Source: a virus (taxonomy: Duplodnaviria; Caudoviricetes). Taken from it: a DNA stretch of 52,590 nt. Of this stretch, positions 31,201 through 40,283 are shown in pieces. The translations under genes and the position numbers were made by a program. The notes beneath the pieces were generated by a model, which worked only from the letters and a program-made list of their open reading frames with translations, did no database searches and was not told the origin of the DNA. Position 1 is the stretch's first letter; each line of letters opens with the position of its first letter. The stretch covers positions 1 to 52,590 of the IMG/VR virus record IMGVR_UViG_3300004457_000145; one strand, 5' to 3'.

Positions 31201-34200
31201 TTAAAGATACTAGCGATACTACCATCACATTGTATGTTGGTGTTTCTGGTGCTAATCAATACTTTACTCCATCAAATGCCACTTACGATCCAGTAACTGG
31301 CGACATGACTGTTACTGTTGGTCAGCATGGTCTTGGAGTAGGTCGTAGTGTTGTTCTTGAAGACGAATCATTTACGTTTACATGTGCTCTTGATGGCAAC
31401 CAGTCAAATCACCAATACCCACGTCCTGGACAAGATCCATTCGCAGGTAAGTCTATTGCTATTACTGCTGTGGGAGCAACTCAGCATACAGCAACAGATG
31501 TTGACTACGATGCAGTTACAGGTGATACAGAAATTACAATTCCATCTCACGGTTTTACGACTGGAGATTATATTAAGATCTCAGATGGATCACTAGTCTT
31601 TACATGTGATCTTGATGGTAATACCGTTCAGAAATCATATCCTCGTCCTTCGTATGATTATCCATCTAATCGTTGGTTGTCAATTACAGTAATTGATTCT
31701 GAGAAATTCCGTGTCAATATTGGAGCTTCTAGTTACGAAGGAACACACACGTTTGTAAGCGCATCCAGTAATGGTATTGATCGTCAAGATGGAACTTTCA
31801 CTATCAATGTAGGAACGTCTTCTGACACTTCCGCACACACGTTTGTAAGCGCCTCTGTAGGTGCTATTAAGCATGAACCACAATCTATCCATAGTTTCCA
31901 AGGATCAACTGCAAATGCTATTAAGCATCTTCCACAGTCTGCACATACCTTTGTAAGAGCAGCAACAGGTGCTATTAAAGTAGGTGGTTCTACGTTTGAT
32001 ATTTTCTTAGGAACTACTGATGATATACACACATATGTGAGTGGAGGAACAGTAGAATACGGCGGAAGCACATATTCTATTAGTAATTTTGCATACGATA
32101 ACATTGTTACTGGTGTTGCTACTGTTACTGTAGCAAATCCAATTAATAATATTACTGATGATGCTACAGTTAAACTTGCAGATATTCTTCTTAGCTGTGC
32201 TAATGGACAAAAAGTATATCCAAGTTTCAGTATTCCTGTAGATGATACTCAATGTAAGCAAGACGTTGCTCACTTCCTCAATGCTTTAACCAGGGACCTT
32301 GAATTTGGTTGCAATCATAATATGATTGAAGCTGCCAAAAAATATATTGTTGGAGCTAAAATTAGTTATGTTGAAAATGAAATTATTCAAACTGTTCGTG
32401 CGGTAGAATATACTACACAGTTAGCAATCTTTGCTATGTGTAACTGGAGAATTGGTAACAGAACTCCAGGAGAAGATGTATATACTCCTGTATATTCATC
32501 AATACCAAGATATTTTGATGACACGGTAATAACCACAACTGCTACAGATGGAGGAACAATTGCTTGCTCCAATGTAGAGTCAGCAATTAGAACTTTATCT
32601 TTCCTTTATGTTGATGTTCTTGCAAACAACACTAACGGCACCAATCTCGATGCTGCATATTTGATTGCAAGAAATAGACATCTCATCGCAGATCTGGCAC
32701 TAATAGATACAGAAACTCTATACCCATCTTTAAATCTATCAGATACACACCAAAGAAAATGTCGTAGAGATATCAGTTACATTCTTGGTGGTCTAATTAG
32801 AGACTTGTCTCTTGGAGGCAACAGTGGAATTGTTACTAACGCAGAATTTTATTACAGTGGTGCTGCACTAACAGGAATTGATGCGTCACAATTAGAAGAA
32901 ACCAGATACGCATATACAAGAGTTGCTGAATACGCAAAATCAGCAATGCGTAACTGGTCTAGTTCTACTACTTCTGAAGTTGTAGAAGTAACACCAACAA
33001 CTGCTACTTATACTCCAGCAAGCGGTGTAGTAGTTATTCAAATTCCTACCCCATCTACAATTCCAGATTTAAATGACAGAATTGCATTTAAAGAAGGAGC
33101 TCTTACATTTACTTGTTCTGGTGGAACTCATGCGAGTCCTACTCCTACAGATAGAAACTACGGTAACAGTCTGACGATTACCAACATCAATAATGTTGGT
33201 GGTGGTATTTTAGAAATTACAGTTAACGTGGGTAATGTTACATCACTAACTGGTAATGTTCCACATACTTTTGATAGTGCTTTGGCAGATGGCACTATCA
33301 TTATCTACAACCCAGTTGATACAAGTAATTCTGATATTCCTAAAGTTGAAGATTGGAATATTCTTCTGTATCCTACTACTCCTCTATGTTCTAATGTAGC
33401 AACTGCAATTGACACATCATTTGCATTGCTTGATGGTATTCTAGAGTATGCAGATGATGATCAGTCACCCACTGCTATTCAACCTGGAGCGACTGCAATT
33501 GATACAGGAACTTTATATGATACAGCAAATATCATCACATATCCTGATTCATTCATCTATGATGCTGACAACCAGCGTGTAGCAGTTCGTGGTGATTATG
33601 ATGACTATCCAATTATTGAGGCATCTCCATACACCCAGAACGCATCTGTTATCTCCTTCCTAGGTGGTGGTGGCGCTGAGGTTGATGGCAACAAAGTTAA
33701 GCAACCTAACTGCCCATTCCCTGGTCTTGAGTTAGACGGAACAGCATCCTTCCCCAATCAGGGTAAGTCGATGGTTGCGGCAGCATTCACGATCGTCTCC
33801 TTCGGAGGAACAGGATACAGAGTTGTTAACGATGGTTACACCCAGTTGGTGTCTGTCTTCGTTATTTTCTGTGCCGATGGCGTTCTTGCAGAATCTGGTG
33901 GTTACTGTTCTATCACTAACTCCGCTACAAACTTCGGTCAGTTTGCTCTAAGAGCAATTGGATTTAGAGAAGAACCATACGTTTTTGATGCTGGTTATTT
34001 CTCGGAAGGTTCATACATTCGTGCTATCATCACGAACGTTTCTCAAACTCCTACAGGAAGAACAATTCTCACTATTGAGAATCTTGGTAGAGAACCACTA
34101 GAGCATTACATCCTTAAGGTTGATGGTCTAAGAAATGTTGACGAAGATACTGAGTTCTTCGTTGAAGAGATTACTCAAGTAGGTGCTGGTCCACCGTTCA

Positions 34201-37200
34201 CTGCTACATGCATTTTCGACGATGGGTCTGGTAGTCCTGTCGAACTAGTTGACATTGCTACAGGATCCACTGTTACTGCTGCTAATTTGAGTGGCAGAAC
34301 TGTCAACCTGCATAGACCATCTATTGTTAACTCTTCCTCGCATACGTGGGAATTTGCTGGTTCAGGAACTAACTACTTGGCACTGCCTGAGAACGGTGGA
34401 ACTAAAGTAGAAGCAAACGAGCAAGTATCTGAATTCTACGGTCGCGTTTATGTTTCTGGAACTGACGAACTTGGTGACTTTAAAGTTGGAACGTTCGCTA
34501 AGATCGAAAACAGAACTGGTGCTATCACCTTTACTGGAACGGTTACCATCTCGGAAGTTGAATTCTTGAAACTGAAAGGTGGCGACGTTGTTGTCACAGG
34601 TTTCGATGACTCCAACACTCTGGGTGGTGCATCTTCTTCTGATAGTAAGATCCCAACTCAAAAGGCAGTTAGAGACTTTATCACTAACAACCTTGGTGCA
34701 TACATCCAGAAAGAATACTCTACTAACTCTGTTCCTAGAGCACTTGTAGAACTAACTGACTCTGGTAAGATCTCCCTAGACCAGATTCCTGCTCTAAGAC
34801 CATTTGAAGTCTACACAGTTTCAAACCTATCTGAAAGACTCGAAATTGAAGGAGCACTTGCTGGTGACATCGCAATTCAGCAAGATAATAATACATCATT
34901 CATTCTGAATAATGATAATGATAGTTTGTTCTTAGCATTTGCTGTAGATCCTACACTAACTTTCACTATCAATGATATCTTTGAGGGAAGTATTTCTCAG
35001 GGACAAATTCAATCAACTGAATACAGACAAGGCGTCATGTATCAGATTGTTATCACTGATCCTGGTTCTGGATATACTATCCCCCCAACTCTTACTATTT
35101 CTGGCGGTTCACCAGGACTAGGTGCGATTGGTGCATCTGCAAGTTGCACTATTGCAAACGGTCAAGTTGTTACAGTATCGATTGATGAGTTCAATGGATA
35201 TGTTGGTGGTTTTGGTTACACGGCACAACCAACAATTACATTCTCTGCTCCTCCTGCAGGAGGAACACAAGCAACTGGTCTTGCATTAATTGAGAGCAGA
35301 TTATATGGCAATATTGTTAATGCCATTAAGATCACAGATACTGATCAAATAGATTCTAGTGATCTTCCTGCAGAAACTGTTAACTTAACAAGAACTATTA
35401 ACACTTCTGCTAGTGATAGCAACAACTGGGTATCACTATCTACCTCAACTGTTGATGCTAGAGATATTACTGGTGGTCCGATTGCAACTGACCTACTTGC
35501 TACCAACTCTACTGCTGCAAACTCTTACACATTCTTAAGAGGTGATCAATCTTATGCTCTGGCAGTTCAATCACTGAAGTCTCCAGAAGAAAGATACTTC
35601 GCAAAACTGACTGTTCCTGCTCAGTCTGGTTCAATTAACATGGTCTTTGCGACCAACCAAAATGCATTGCAGGGTCACCTAATTGTTGATAGTGTTTTTG
35701 GAATTCCATCAGAAACTATCATTCAATCTGTAACCACCGAAAGTGGTCTGACTACGATTGGATTCGCTCAAGAAAAAGCACTAACAGCAACAATTCCAGC
35801 TGGAACAATTATTGAGTTTAGAAGAGCAACATCTCCAATCAGATTTGACTCTACATTTACTGAAGGTAACTTTATTGAAGAAATCATTATTGCCGATGGT
35901 GGTAATGGATTTACCAATGGAGAATATTTCAACCAAGGTGTTGTCGGTGGAAATGGTCAAGGGTTAAAGGCAACTTATATTGTAGAAAACAATCAAGTTG
36001 TTGATATTCTAATCACTAGTGGTGGTTCCAATTATACTCAAGACTTCTCTACTAATATTGCTCCAAGTGTAATCGGAAGTGGAACTGGTCTTGATCTTAG
36101 ATGTAAGAGATCTACTATTAATAGACAGTATGCAAACGTTACTGTTGATATTGATAGAGTTCAAGAAGGTTCTGTTGACCCAGAATACGGAACAGTTGGT
36201 GTTGCTAGATTCGATAAGGCACAGTTCTTTATCAACGTTGGTGGAGAAGGTTCTATCAGACTGAAGACTGCTTCTAACAGTGTTGACTCTGGTCTTGATG
36301 CTGACTTACTCGATGGTAAGCAAGGTTCGTTCTACCAGAATGCAAGTAGTTTGACTTCTGGAACACTTGATTCTGATAGATTAGCAGGAACATATAACAT
36401 TGATATTTCTGGTCAGTCTCAGAACACTATCAGACTGCTGAGTGGTATTAACAACCCCTCCTCTAACCCATCTCCTAACACGTTCAGCACAGGTATTATT
36501 TCTGATACCAAGAACAATAATGCTGACCAGCTAGTTGACGGTGGAACCAAGCATATGGTTCTGACCCTGAGATCTGGTCCTGACGCTACCTATGGTGGCA
36601 TTAGACAGTTGGCATTCACAGACAACGACAACATGTGGTTGCGTGGTTCTGGAACTGGTGTTACTACATTTGGAACATGGGCTAAAATCTGGACATCAGA
36701 AAACGATGGTATTGATACAGGTCTTGATGCTGACCGCCTTGATAATAAGCAAGGAACATGGTATCAAAATGCTCTAAACATTAACTACGGAACAGTTTCT
36801 GCAAATAGATTACCTACATTCCAATCAGCAACTTCTTTCAGAAATACCCTGAAGGTTAAGTCTTACAACGGTGATCCTAAGTATAACATCTACGTCTCTG
36901 GCAGAATTCTATCAACTCTGCCTACACCTAACCCATTTACTCCTGGTAATGCGGTTAAAGTTTATAATGCTAACTCCCAAGCAATTGGTGATCTTGAAAT
37001 TGATAACTTGATTATCAACGATGATACTGCAGATAACTTTAACGATTATACAATTATCCAAGCAAGACTAATCTCTGGTGGATTTACAGGTGCTCTGACA
37101 ATTGGAACAGCAAGTAATAGAGTTGAGTTCCAAGACTTTACGATTGCAGATGATAACAATATTGATATTGCTACTCTGGAATCCGATGGAGGAACTGCTA

Positions 37201-38756
37201 ATTTACGCATGGGTAGAACAGATGGTAATGCATCTAACCCTGGCATTTACTTTAGTTCTTCTCAACTTGCTGCAAATTACAACTCATCTATTGTTGCAAC
37301 TGGAGGAACAGGAGTTGATGGTTCTGGAACACTAAATGTTCAAGTTGTTGATTCTGACGGATTCACTGTCAAAGGAAACATTATTTGGAATGAAGGTAAC
37401 GTTGCATTTAATGATACCAATATTGTTACTACTTACAATGCTCTTGGTCTTCCAACACTAAGAAGCGCAGTAATGCGTGATGCCTCTGGTGACTTTGCTG
37501 CTAATCAGATTACAGTCAAAGCAGGTTTTGATGGTATCGTTGGTGCTTCGTCACTGAACGTATTGAAATCTGGCGATACAATGACTGGCACCTTGGATAT
37601 TACAGGTGCTGGTTCTGGTCTATCCGTTCAGGGAATCACTGGTTTGACTGGTGACGTTACCATGGATAACGACCTTACCATCGGAACTAATGTATTCTTT
37701 GTAGATGAATCCGAAGAAGAGGTTGGTATCGGAACTCTTGTTCCATCAGATAAACTATCTGTAGTTGGTGGTTCCTTCTCTATTGCTTCTGGAGGTGGTT
37801 CTAATTCGATTGGAACTACTAATGGTTTCGGTATTGTATACGATACCACTAACGGTGTCGCTTATCAAATATCGAAGTCCACCAGTGGAAACACTTCAAT
37901 CACTTGGGGAACTTCCGAATCTGGAACGACTACCAATAAGATGTCTCTTGATCCTTCAGGTGATCTTTATCCTCTCCTGTCTACTCAAGATTTAGGTCTG
38001 AATGCTACTAACAACAGATGGAGAAATGCATACATCAAAGATGTATATGCTAAGTCTTCTCTGGCAATTTCAGATGCTACTGCTAATGCAGGAGCTCCTG
38101 CATACTTCCTAGGTGCCTCTGGTTTCCGTAACTTCCGAGTTGGTAACCAACTGTTAGCAGATAATACATTTGAAATCACTGCAAGCACTGCAAATGGTGG
38201 TCAGGCATGGAACAGCACTCCTGCACTGTTTATTCAAGGTTCTACTAATAGAGTTGCAATTAATACCACTAACTTTAGTGGAACTGATACGTCAGAAGCA
38301 ACACCTGTAACTAGAAACTATCAACTGAATATTGAAGGTGACCTGAACTTCAATGGTCAACTCTTCCAGAACAACGAAGAGTTTGTTACTTCAAGATGGA
38401 CACTGAATAAGACTACCAATAATATTTGGAGACTGTCTAAAGTTGGTGTTGGCAAACCTGACCCAGTTTATACTATAGAGACTGCTCCTCTAGTAGTCAG
38501 TGGTTCTCTTGTTAACGATGGTTCCGTTAATGTTGGTGGTTCTACTTTCAGTTCTGGTGTAAACACTAGTGTTGTATATGCAAACGCAGATCCTCAGTAT
38601 ATTGATACTTACGGTATTTTCAAAACAAACCGCAATACAATCAGCGAAGGAATCACAATTCCTTCAGCAACAAATGCTATGAGTGCAGGTCCTCTAACTA
38701 TAAATAACGGTGTAGTCGTCGTTATTCCAAACGGTTCTTCCTGGTCGGTTGTCTAA
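28269..38756 (+). CDS. Giant tail fibre / structural protein (3495 aa)
   Basis: KIATTEYV; beta-helix entry IYVS..GSDLNDG..PVRTVKRA; two GLDAD(L/R)LD fibre motifs; C-terminal NAMSAGPLTINNGVVVVIPNGSSWSVV typical of marine phage fibres. Confidence 0.82.
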   Translation: MSFNINSDKEFIKASKPQIIGTAEFAIKSGVGVDEKEVIRALLDSEEKLPRVGINRTGQRVNNITVLTGGSGYTIRPTVTVSPPPAGVEGAIQALASSFIFNGRVSSIAINNPGKGYSEPPTVTITGGNGAGATAEAFLDTVDFELDINGAIRTSTSIISDTARILNLDIDNFVTPDANFRGPNLKNYMNNTGTIWSANVIVQKDSYRYFGSNVYQAINAGQTGDFAPEHLDGIVLNGEVQLKHIGFRVVDSTEFGYNETGEAGIFPRSITPLLGDRSDKIATTEYVLNLATNDVGGRIYVSSQIGSDLNDGRSAVNPVRTVKRAAQLAWETVGVKETLIVSGGDYVEDNPISLPPDASVVGDNLRLVIIRPNNPGKHIFKFGDKNYVTGVTYRDKVDANGDSVATWDFAMVFDDKQRILIDKEANGDFGVNFPTGHQVFGPSKFQINFQNNSGLAQLASGLEAIGVNTGARGDISNVRFDNLTGNNAYRNGKLDIVITSGSFLSGEGFRYLINGTQGVSLDSSSGTTRANALDNTILMSTDPTLSNIIPGGYVYLDGTSNALVGNGFYEVLQIDDDSAPEYYVTVAPILGSVGWREELAGTIDIYAASVNEGAFDSTSIDSIRSEGEVVYTTEDFDTPLPLSRIDFTLQGTFNDGFQNEVFGDAEDLGGIVFYTNALVGRENTHDFKEGEEILIEGLPTVSPDLSFLNGFQRIYKVIEDPDGRARRFVIPKKVDAALGLNSNNNFDPGQFATVKSATRSVTLSLLNSPNTFPLATPVDRRFQDAVTFIRNNRDFISDEVVGRINDEFKKEYYSVYNIAGTASSQFTPTDVSYNPATGDSVFTVANHGLVAGDGVRIDDDSVVFTCAMDGNATEHSAPQSHHYSSGKTLPITASTTNTFTVNVGASGPDQQYTPSNATYNPATGDMVLTIGTHGLSIGEGVVIDDNSLSFTCQMDGFDTAKTYPRPGIDPFAGRSIPIKDTSDTTITLYVGVSGANQYFTPSNATYDPVTGDMTVTVGQHGLGVGRSVVLEDESFTFTCALDGNQSNHQYPRPGQDPFAGKSIAITAVGATQHTATDVDYDAVTGDTEITIPSHGFTTGDYIKISDGSLVFTCDLDGNTVQKSYPRPSYDYPSNRWLSITVIDSEKFRVNIGASSYEGTHTFVSASSNGIDRQDGTFTINVGTSSDTSAHTFVSASVGAIKHEPQSIHSFQGSTANAIKHLPQSAHTFVRAATGAIKVGGSTFDIFLGTTDDIHTYVSGGTVEYGGSTYSISNFAYDNIVTGVATVTVANPINNITDDATVKLADILLSCANGQKVYPSFSIPVDDTQCKQDVAHFLNALTRDLEFGCNHNMIEAAKKYIVGAKISYVENEIIQTVRAVEYTTQLAIFAMCNWRIGNRTPGEDVYTPVYSSIPRYFDDTVITTTATDGGTIACSNVESAIRTLSFLYVDVLANNTNGTNLDAAYLIARNRHLIADLALIDTETLYPSLNLSDTHQRKCRRDISYILGGLIRDLSLGGNSGIVTNAEFYYSGAALTGIDASQLEETRYAYTRVAEYAKSAMRNWSSSTTSEVVEVTPTTATYTPASGVVVIQIPTPSTIPDLNDRIAFKEGALTFTCSGGTHASPTPTDRNYGNSLTITNINNVGGGILEITVNVGNVTSLTGNVPHTFDSALADGTIIIYNPVDTSNSDIPKVEDWNILLYPTTPLCSNVATAIDTSFALLDGILEYADDDQSPTAIQPGATAIDTGTLYDTANIITYPDSFIYDADNQRVAVRGDYDDYPIIEASPYTQNASVISFLGGGGAEVDGNKVKQPNCPFPGLELDGTASFPNQGKSMVAAAFTIVSFGGTGYRVVNDGYTQLVSVFVIFCADGVLAESGGYCSITNSATNFGQFALRAIGFREEPYVFDAGYFSEGSYIRAIITNVSQTPTGRTILTIENLGREPLEHYILKVDGLRNVDEDTEFFVEEITQVGAGPPFTATCIFDDGSGSPVELVDIATGSTVTAANLSGRTVNLHRPSIVNSSSHTWEFAGSGTNYLALPENGGTKVEANEQVSEFYGRVYVSGTDELGDFKVGTFAKIENRTGAITFTGTVTISEVEFLKLKGGDVVVTGFDDSNTLGGASSSDSKIPTQKAVRDFITNNLGAYIQKEYSTNSVPRALVELTDSGKISLDQIPALRPFEVYTVSNLSERLEIEGALAGDIAIQQDNNTSFILNNDNDSLFLAFAVDPTLTFTINDIFEGSISQGQIQSTEYRQGVMYQIVITDPGSGYTIPPTLTISGGSPGLGAIGASASCTIANGQVVTVSIDEFNGYVGGFGYTAQPTITFSAPPAGGTQATGLALIESRLYGNIVNAIKITDTDQIDSSDLPAETVNLTRTINTSASDSNNWVSLSTSTVDARDITGGPIATDLLATNSTAANSYTFLRGDQSYALAVQSLKSPEERYFAKLTVPAQSGSINMVFATNQNALQGHLIVDSVFGIPSETIIQSVTTESGLTTIGFAQEKALTATIPAGTIIEFRRATSPIRFDSTFTEGNFIEEIIIADGGNGFTNGEYFNQGVVGGNGQGLKATYIVENNQVVDILITSGGSNYTQDFSTNIAPSVIGSGTGLDLRCKRSTINRQYANVTVDIDRVQEGSVDPEYGTVGVARFDKAQFFINVGGEGSIRLKTASNSVDSGLDADLLDGKQGSFYQNASSLTSGTLDSDRLAGTYNIDISGQSQNTIRLLSGINNPSSNPSPNTFSTGIISDTKNNNADQLVDGGTKHMVLTLRSGPDATYGGIRQLAFTDNDNMWLRGSGTGVTTFGTWAKIWTSENDGIDTGLDADRLDNKQGTWYQNALNINYGTVSANRLPTFQSATSFRNTLKVKSYNGDPKYNIYVSGRILSTLPTPNPFTPGNAVKVYNANSQAIGDLEIDNLIINDDTADNFNDYTIIQARLISGGFTGALTIGTASNRVEFQDFTIADDNNIDIATLESDGGTANLRMGRTDGNASNPGIYFSSSQLAANYNSSIVATGGTGVDGSGTLNVQVVDSDGFTVKGNIIWNEGNVAFNDTNIVTTYNALGLPTLRSAVMRDASGDFAANQITVKAGFDGIVGASSLNVLKSGDTMTGTLDITGAGSGLSVQGITGLTGDVTMDNDLTIGTNVFFVDESEEEVGIGTLVPSDKLSVVGGSFSIASGGGSNSIGTTNGFGIVYDTTNGVAYQISKSTSGNTSITWGTSESGTTTNKMSLDPSGDLYPLLSTQDLGLNATNNRWRNAYIKDVYAKSSLAISDATANAGAPAYFLGASGFRNFRVGNQLLADNTFEITASTANGGQAWNSTPALFIQGSTNRVAINTTNFSGTDTSEATPVTRNYQLNIEGDLNFNGQLFQNNEEFVTSRWTLNKTTNNIWRLSKVGVGKPDPVYTIETAPLVVSGSLVNDGSVNVGGSTFSSGVNTSVVYANADPQYIDTYGIFKTNRNTISEGITIPSATNAMSAGPLTINNGVVVVIPNGSSWSVV
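30741..31980 (+). repeat. Four nested ~90-aa coding repeats (YxxxTG..HG..FTC..DG..YPRP..NVG..HTFV)
   Basis: Visible in translation. Includes an exact 19-bp direct repeat CACACACGTTTGTAAGCGC at 31744-31762 and 31834-31852. Confidence 0.8.
38699..38706 (+). promoter_or_regulatory. T4 late promoter TATAAATA inside the 3' end of the fibre gene
   Basis: Perfect consensus about 53 nt before the first Gly-rich gene. Confidence 0.65.
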
Positions 38757-38758
38757 AT

Positions 38759-39517
38759 ATGAGTTCACTATACGTCAATAACATCCAGTCATCAACTGGA
38801 ACTGTTGTAACTATACCAGCTGGCAATGCATTGTCATTTGCTGGGACGCAACTAAGTTCAAACACCATCTTACCTTCGCCTCAAGCAGGTAAGATGGTAT
38901 TTTCTAATGGATCTAATTATGAGTTTGGTGACTATGGTGCTGTAAGAGTTATTCAATTTCAAAGTAATACAACTTACACAGTTCCTAATAATGTTTCTAT
39001 GGTTCACGTTAAATTATGTGGAGCTGGTGGAGGTGGGTCTGGACACGGTGAGTCTGGAGGAGCTGGTGGTTATGCTGAGGGATTCTTTACCGCATCTCAA
39101 TTGGGTGGTGCTGGAGCATCAATCGCAATCACTGTAGGAACTTCTGGAACTGCAACATATTATTCTGGATCGAGTGGTAATGGCGGAACAACATCATTCG
39201 GAAGTTTAATGTCCGCAACTGGGGGACGAGGTGCTAACAGTGTAAACCAACACTGTGGTGGTCATGGTGGACTTGGATCAGGAGGATCAGTAAACCTTTA
39301 TGGTGGTGGTGCTGGCGGACACGTCACATATAATCATAGAGGTGGATCTAGTTACTTCGGTGGTGGTGGTGCTGCTGGTCACCCACAAGGTGGCGCATAT
39401 GCATTCAACCACTCCCAAAATTGTGCCCCTGGTGGCGGTGGTGCAGGAGAGCATTATAGATCATACTCGGGAGGATTTGGAAAAACAGGTATCATCATAA
39501 TCATGGAGTATAGATAA
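38759..39517 (+). CDS. Glycine-rich fibre-tip/adhesin-like protein 1
   Basis: LCGAGGGGSG, GGAGGYAE, GGTTSFG, HCGG, GHPQGG, C-terminal GIIIIMEY; polyglycine-rich domain. Confidence 0.8.
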   Translation: MSSLYVNNIQSSTGTVVTIPAGNALSFAGTQLSSNTILPSPQAGKMVFSNGSNYEFGDYGAVRVIQFQSNTTYTVPNNVSMVHVKLCGAGGGGSGHGESGGAGGYAEGFFTASQLGGAGASIAITVGTSGTATYYSGSSGNGGTTSFGSLMSATGGRGANSVNQHCGGHGGLGSGGSVNLYGGGAGGHVTYNHRGGSSYFGGGGAAGHPQGGAYAFNHSQNCAPGGGGAGEHYRSYSGGFGKTGIIIIMEYR

Positions 39518-40282
39518 ATGTCAGTATTAAGAGTAAACGAACTCAGGTCACAAACAGGCAACATCATCAGCATTCCTTCAGGACACGAATTGGTTTTGGA
39601 TACTACTCCAATCAATTCAAACGCTTTGCCACCAACAGCAGGAACTGCTAATTCAGGAAAATTTCTAAAGTCATCTAATGGTTCTTCTATTGGATGGGAG
39701 TCTGTAGGTCCAGTTTCTATTAGAACATATACTTCTAGTGGAACGTGGTCTAGACCAGCTGGTGTTACTAAGATTCTAGTAAGACTTGTAGGAGGTGGTG
39801 GTGCAGGTTCAGGTGTTGGAGAATCTGGTGCTGCTGGTGGATATTCAGAAAGGTTGCTTGATGTAACTTCTATCAGCAGTGTATCAGTAACTATTGGAGC
39901 AGGTTCAGCTTCTCCTACCACGTATTCAGGTAGATCAGGTAACGGCGGAACAACATCATTTGGATCATATTTATCGGCATCTGGTGGCGCTGGTGCTAAT
40001 ACATCACATCAACATTGCGGTGGTCTTCCTGGAATAGGTTCAGGAGGAGATATTAACCTCTACGGAGGTGGCGGAAATGGACATTCTTACTATGGTTGTG
40101 GGGATGGAGGAACATCATTTTTTGGTGGATCTGGAGCAGTTGGACACCCACAAGGTGGACAATATGCACACAATAATTCAGAATCAGCTGGATTTGGTGC
40201 AGGTGGTGGTCCTGGATATCATACATCAACTCAAGGTGCCAAAGGTAAAGGTGGCGTTGTAGTAGTATACGAATTTAAATAA
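39518..40282 (+). CDS. Glycine-rich fibre-tip/adhesin-like protein 2
   Basis: Paralogue of the previous gene: YTSSGTWSRPAGVTKILVRLVGGGG, HCGG, GHPQGG, GVVVVYEF. Confidence 0.8.
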   Translation: MSVLRVNELRSQTGNIISIPSGHELVLDTTPINSNALPPTAGTANSGKFLKSSNGSSIGWESVGPVSIRTYTSSGTWSRPAGVTKILVRLVGGGGAGSGVGESGAAGGYSERLLDVTSISSVSVTIGAGSASPTTYSGRSGNGGTTSFGSYLSASGGAGANTSHQHCGGLPGIGSGGDINLYGGGGNGHSYYGCGDGGTSFFGGSGAVGHPQGGQYAHNNSESAGFGAGGGPGYHTSTQGAKGKGGVVVVYEFK

Positions 40283-40283
40283 A

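Noticed and set aside
30741-31980. CRISPR-like or non-coding repeat array
   Set aside because: The repeats are degenerate, in frame and protein-level; only one exact 19-bp pair was seen.
2923-38756. Inteins, introns or homing endonucleases explaining the giant ORFs
   Set aside because: No intein splice motifs, LAGLIDADG/HNH/GIY-YIG signatures or frame breaks were seen. Size is explained by structural domain insertions.
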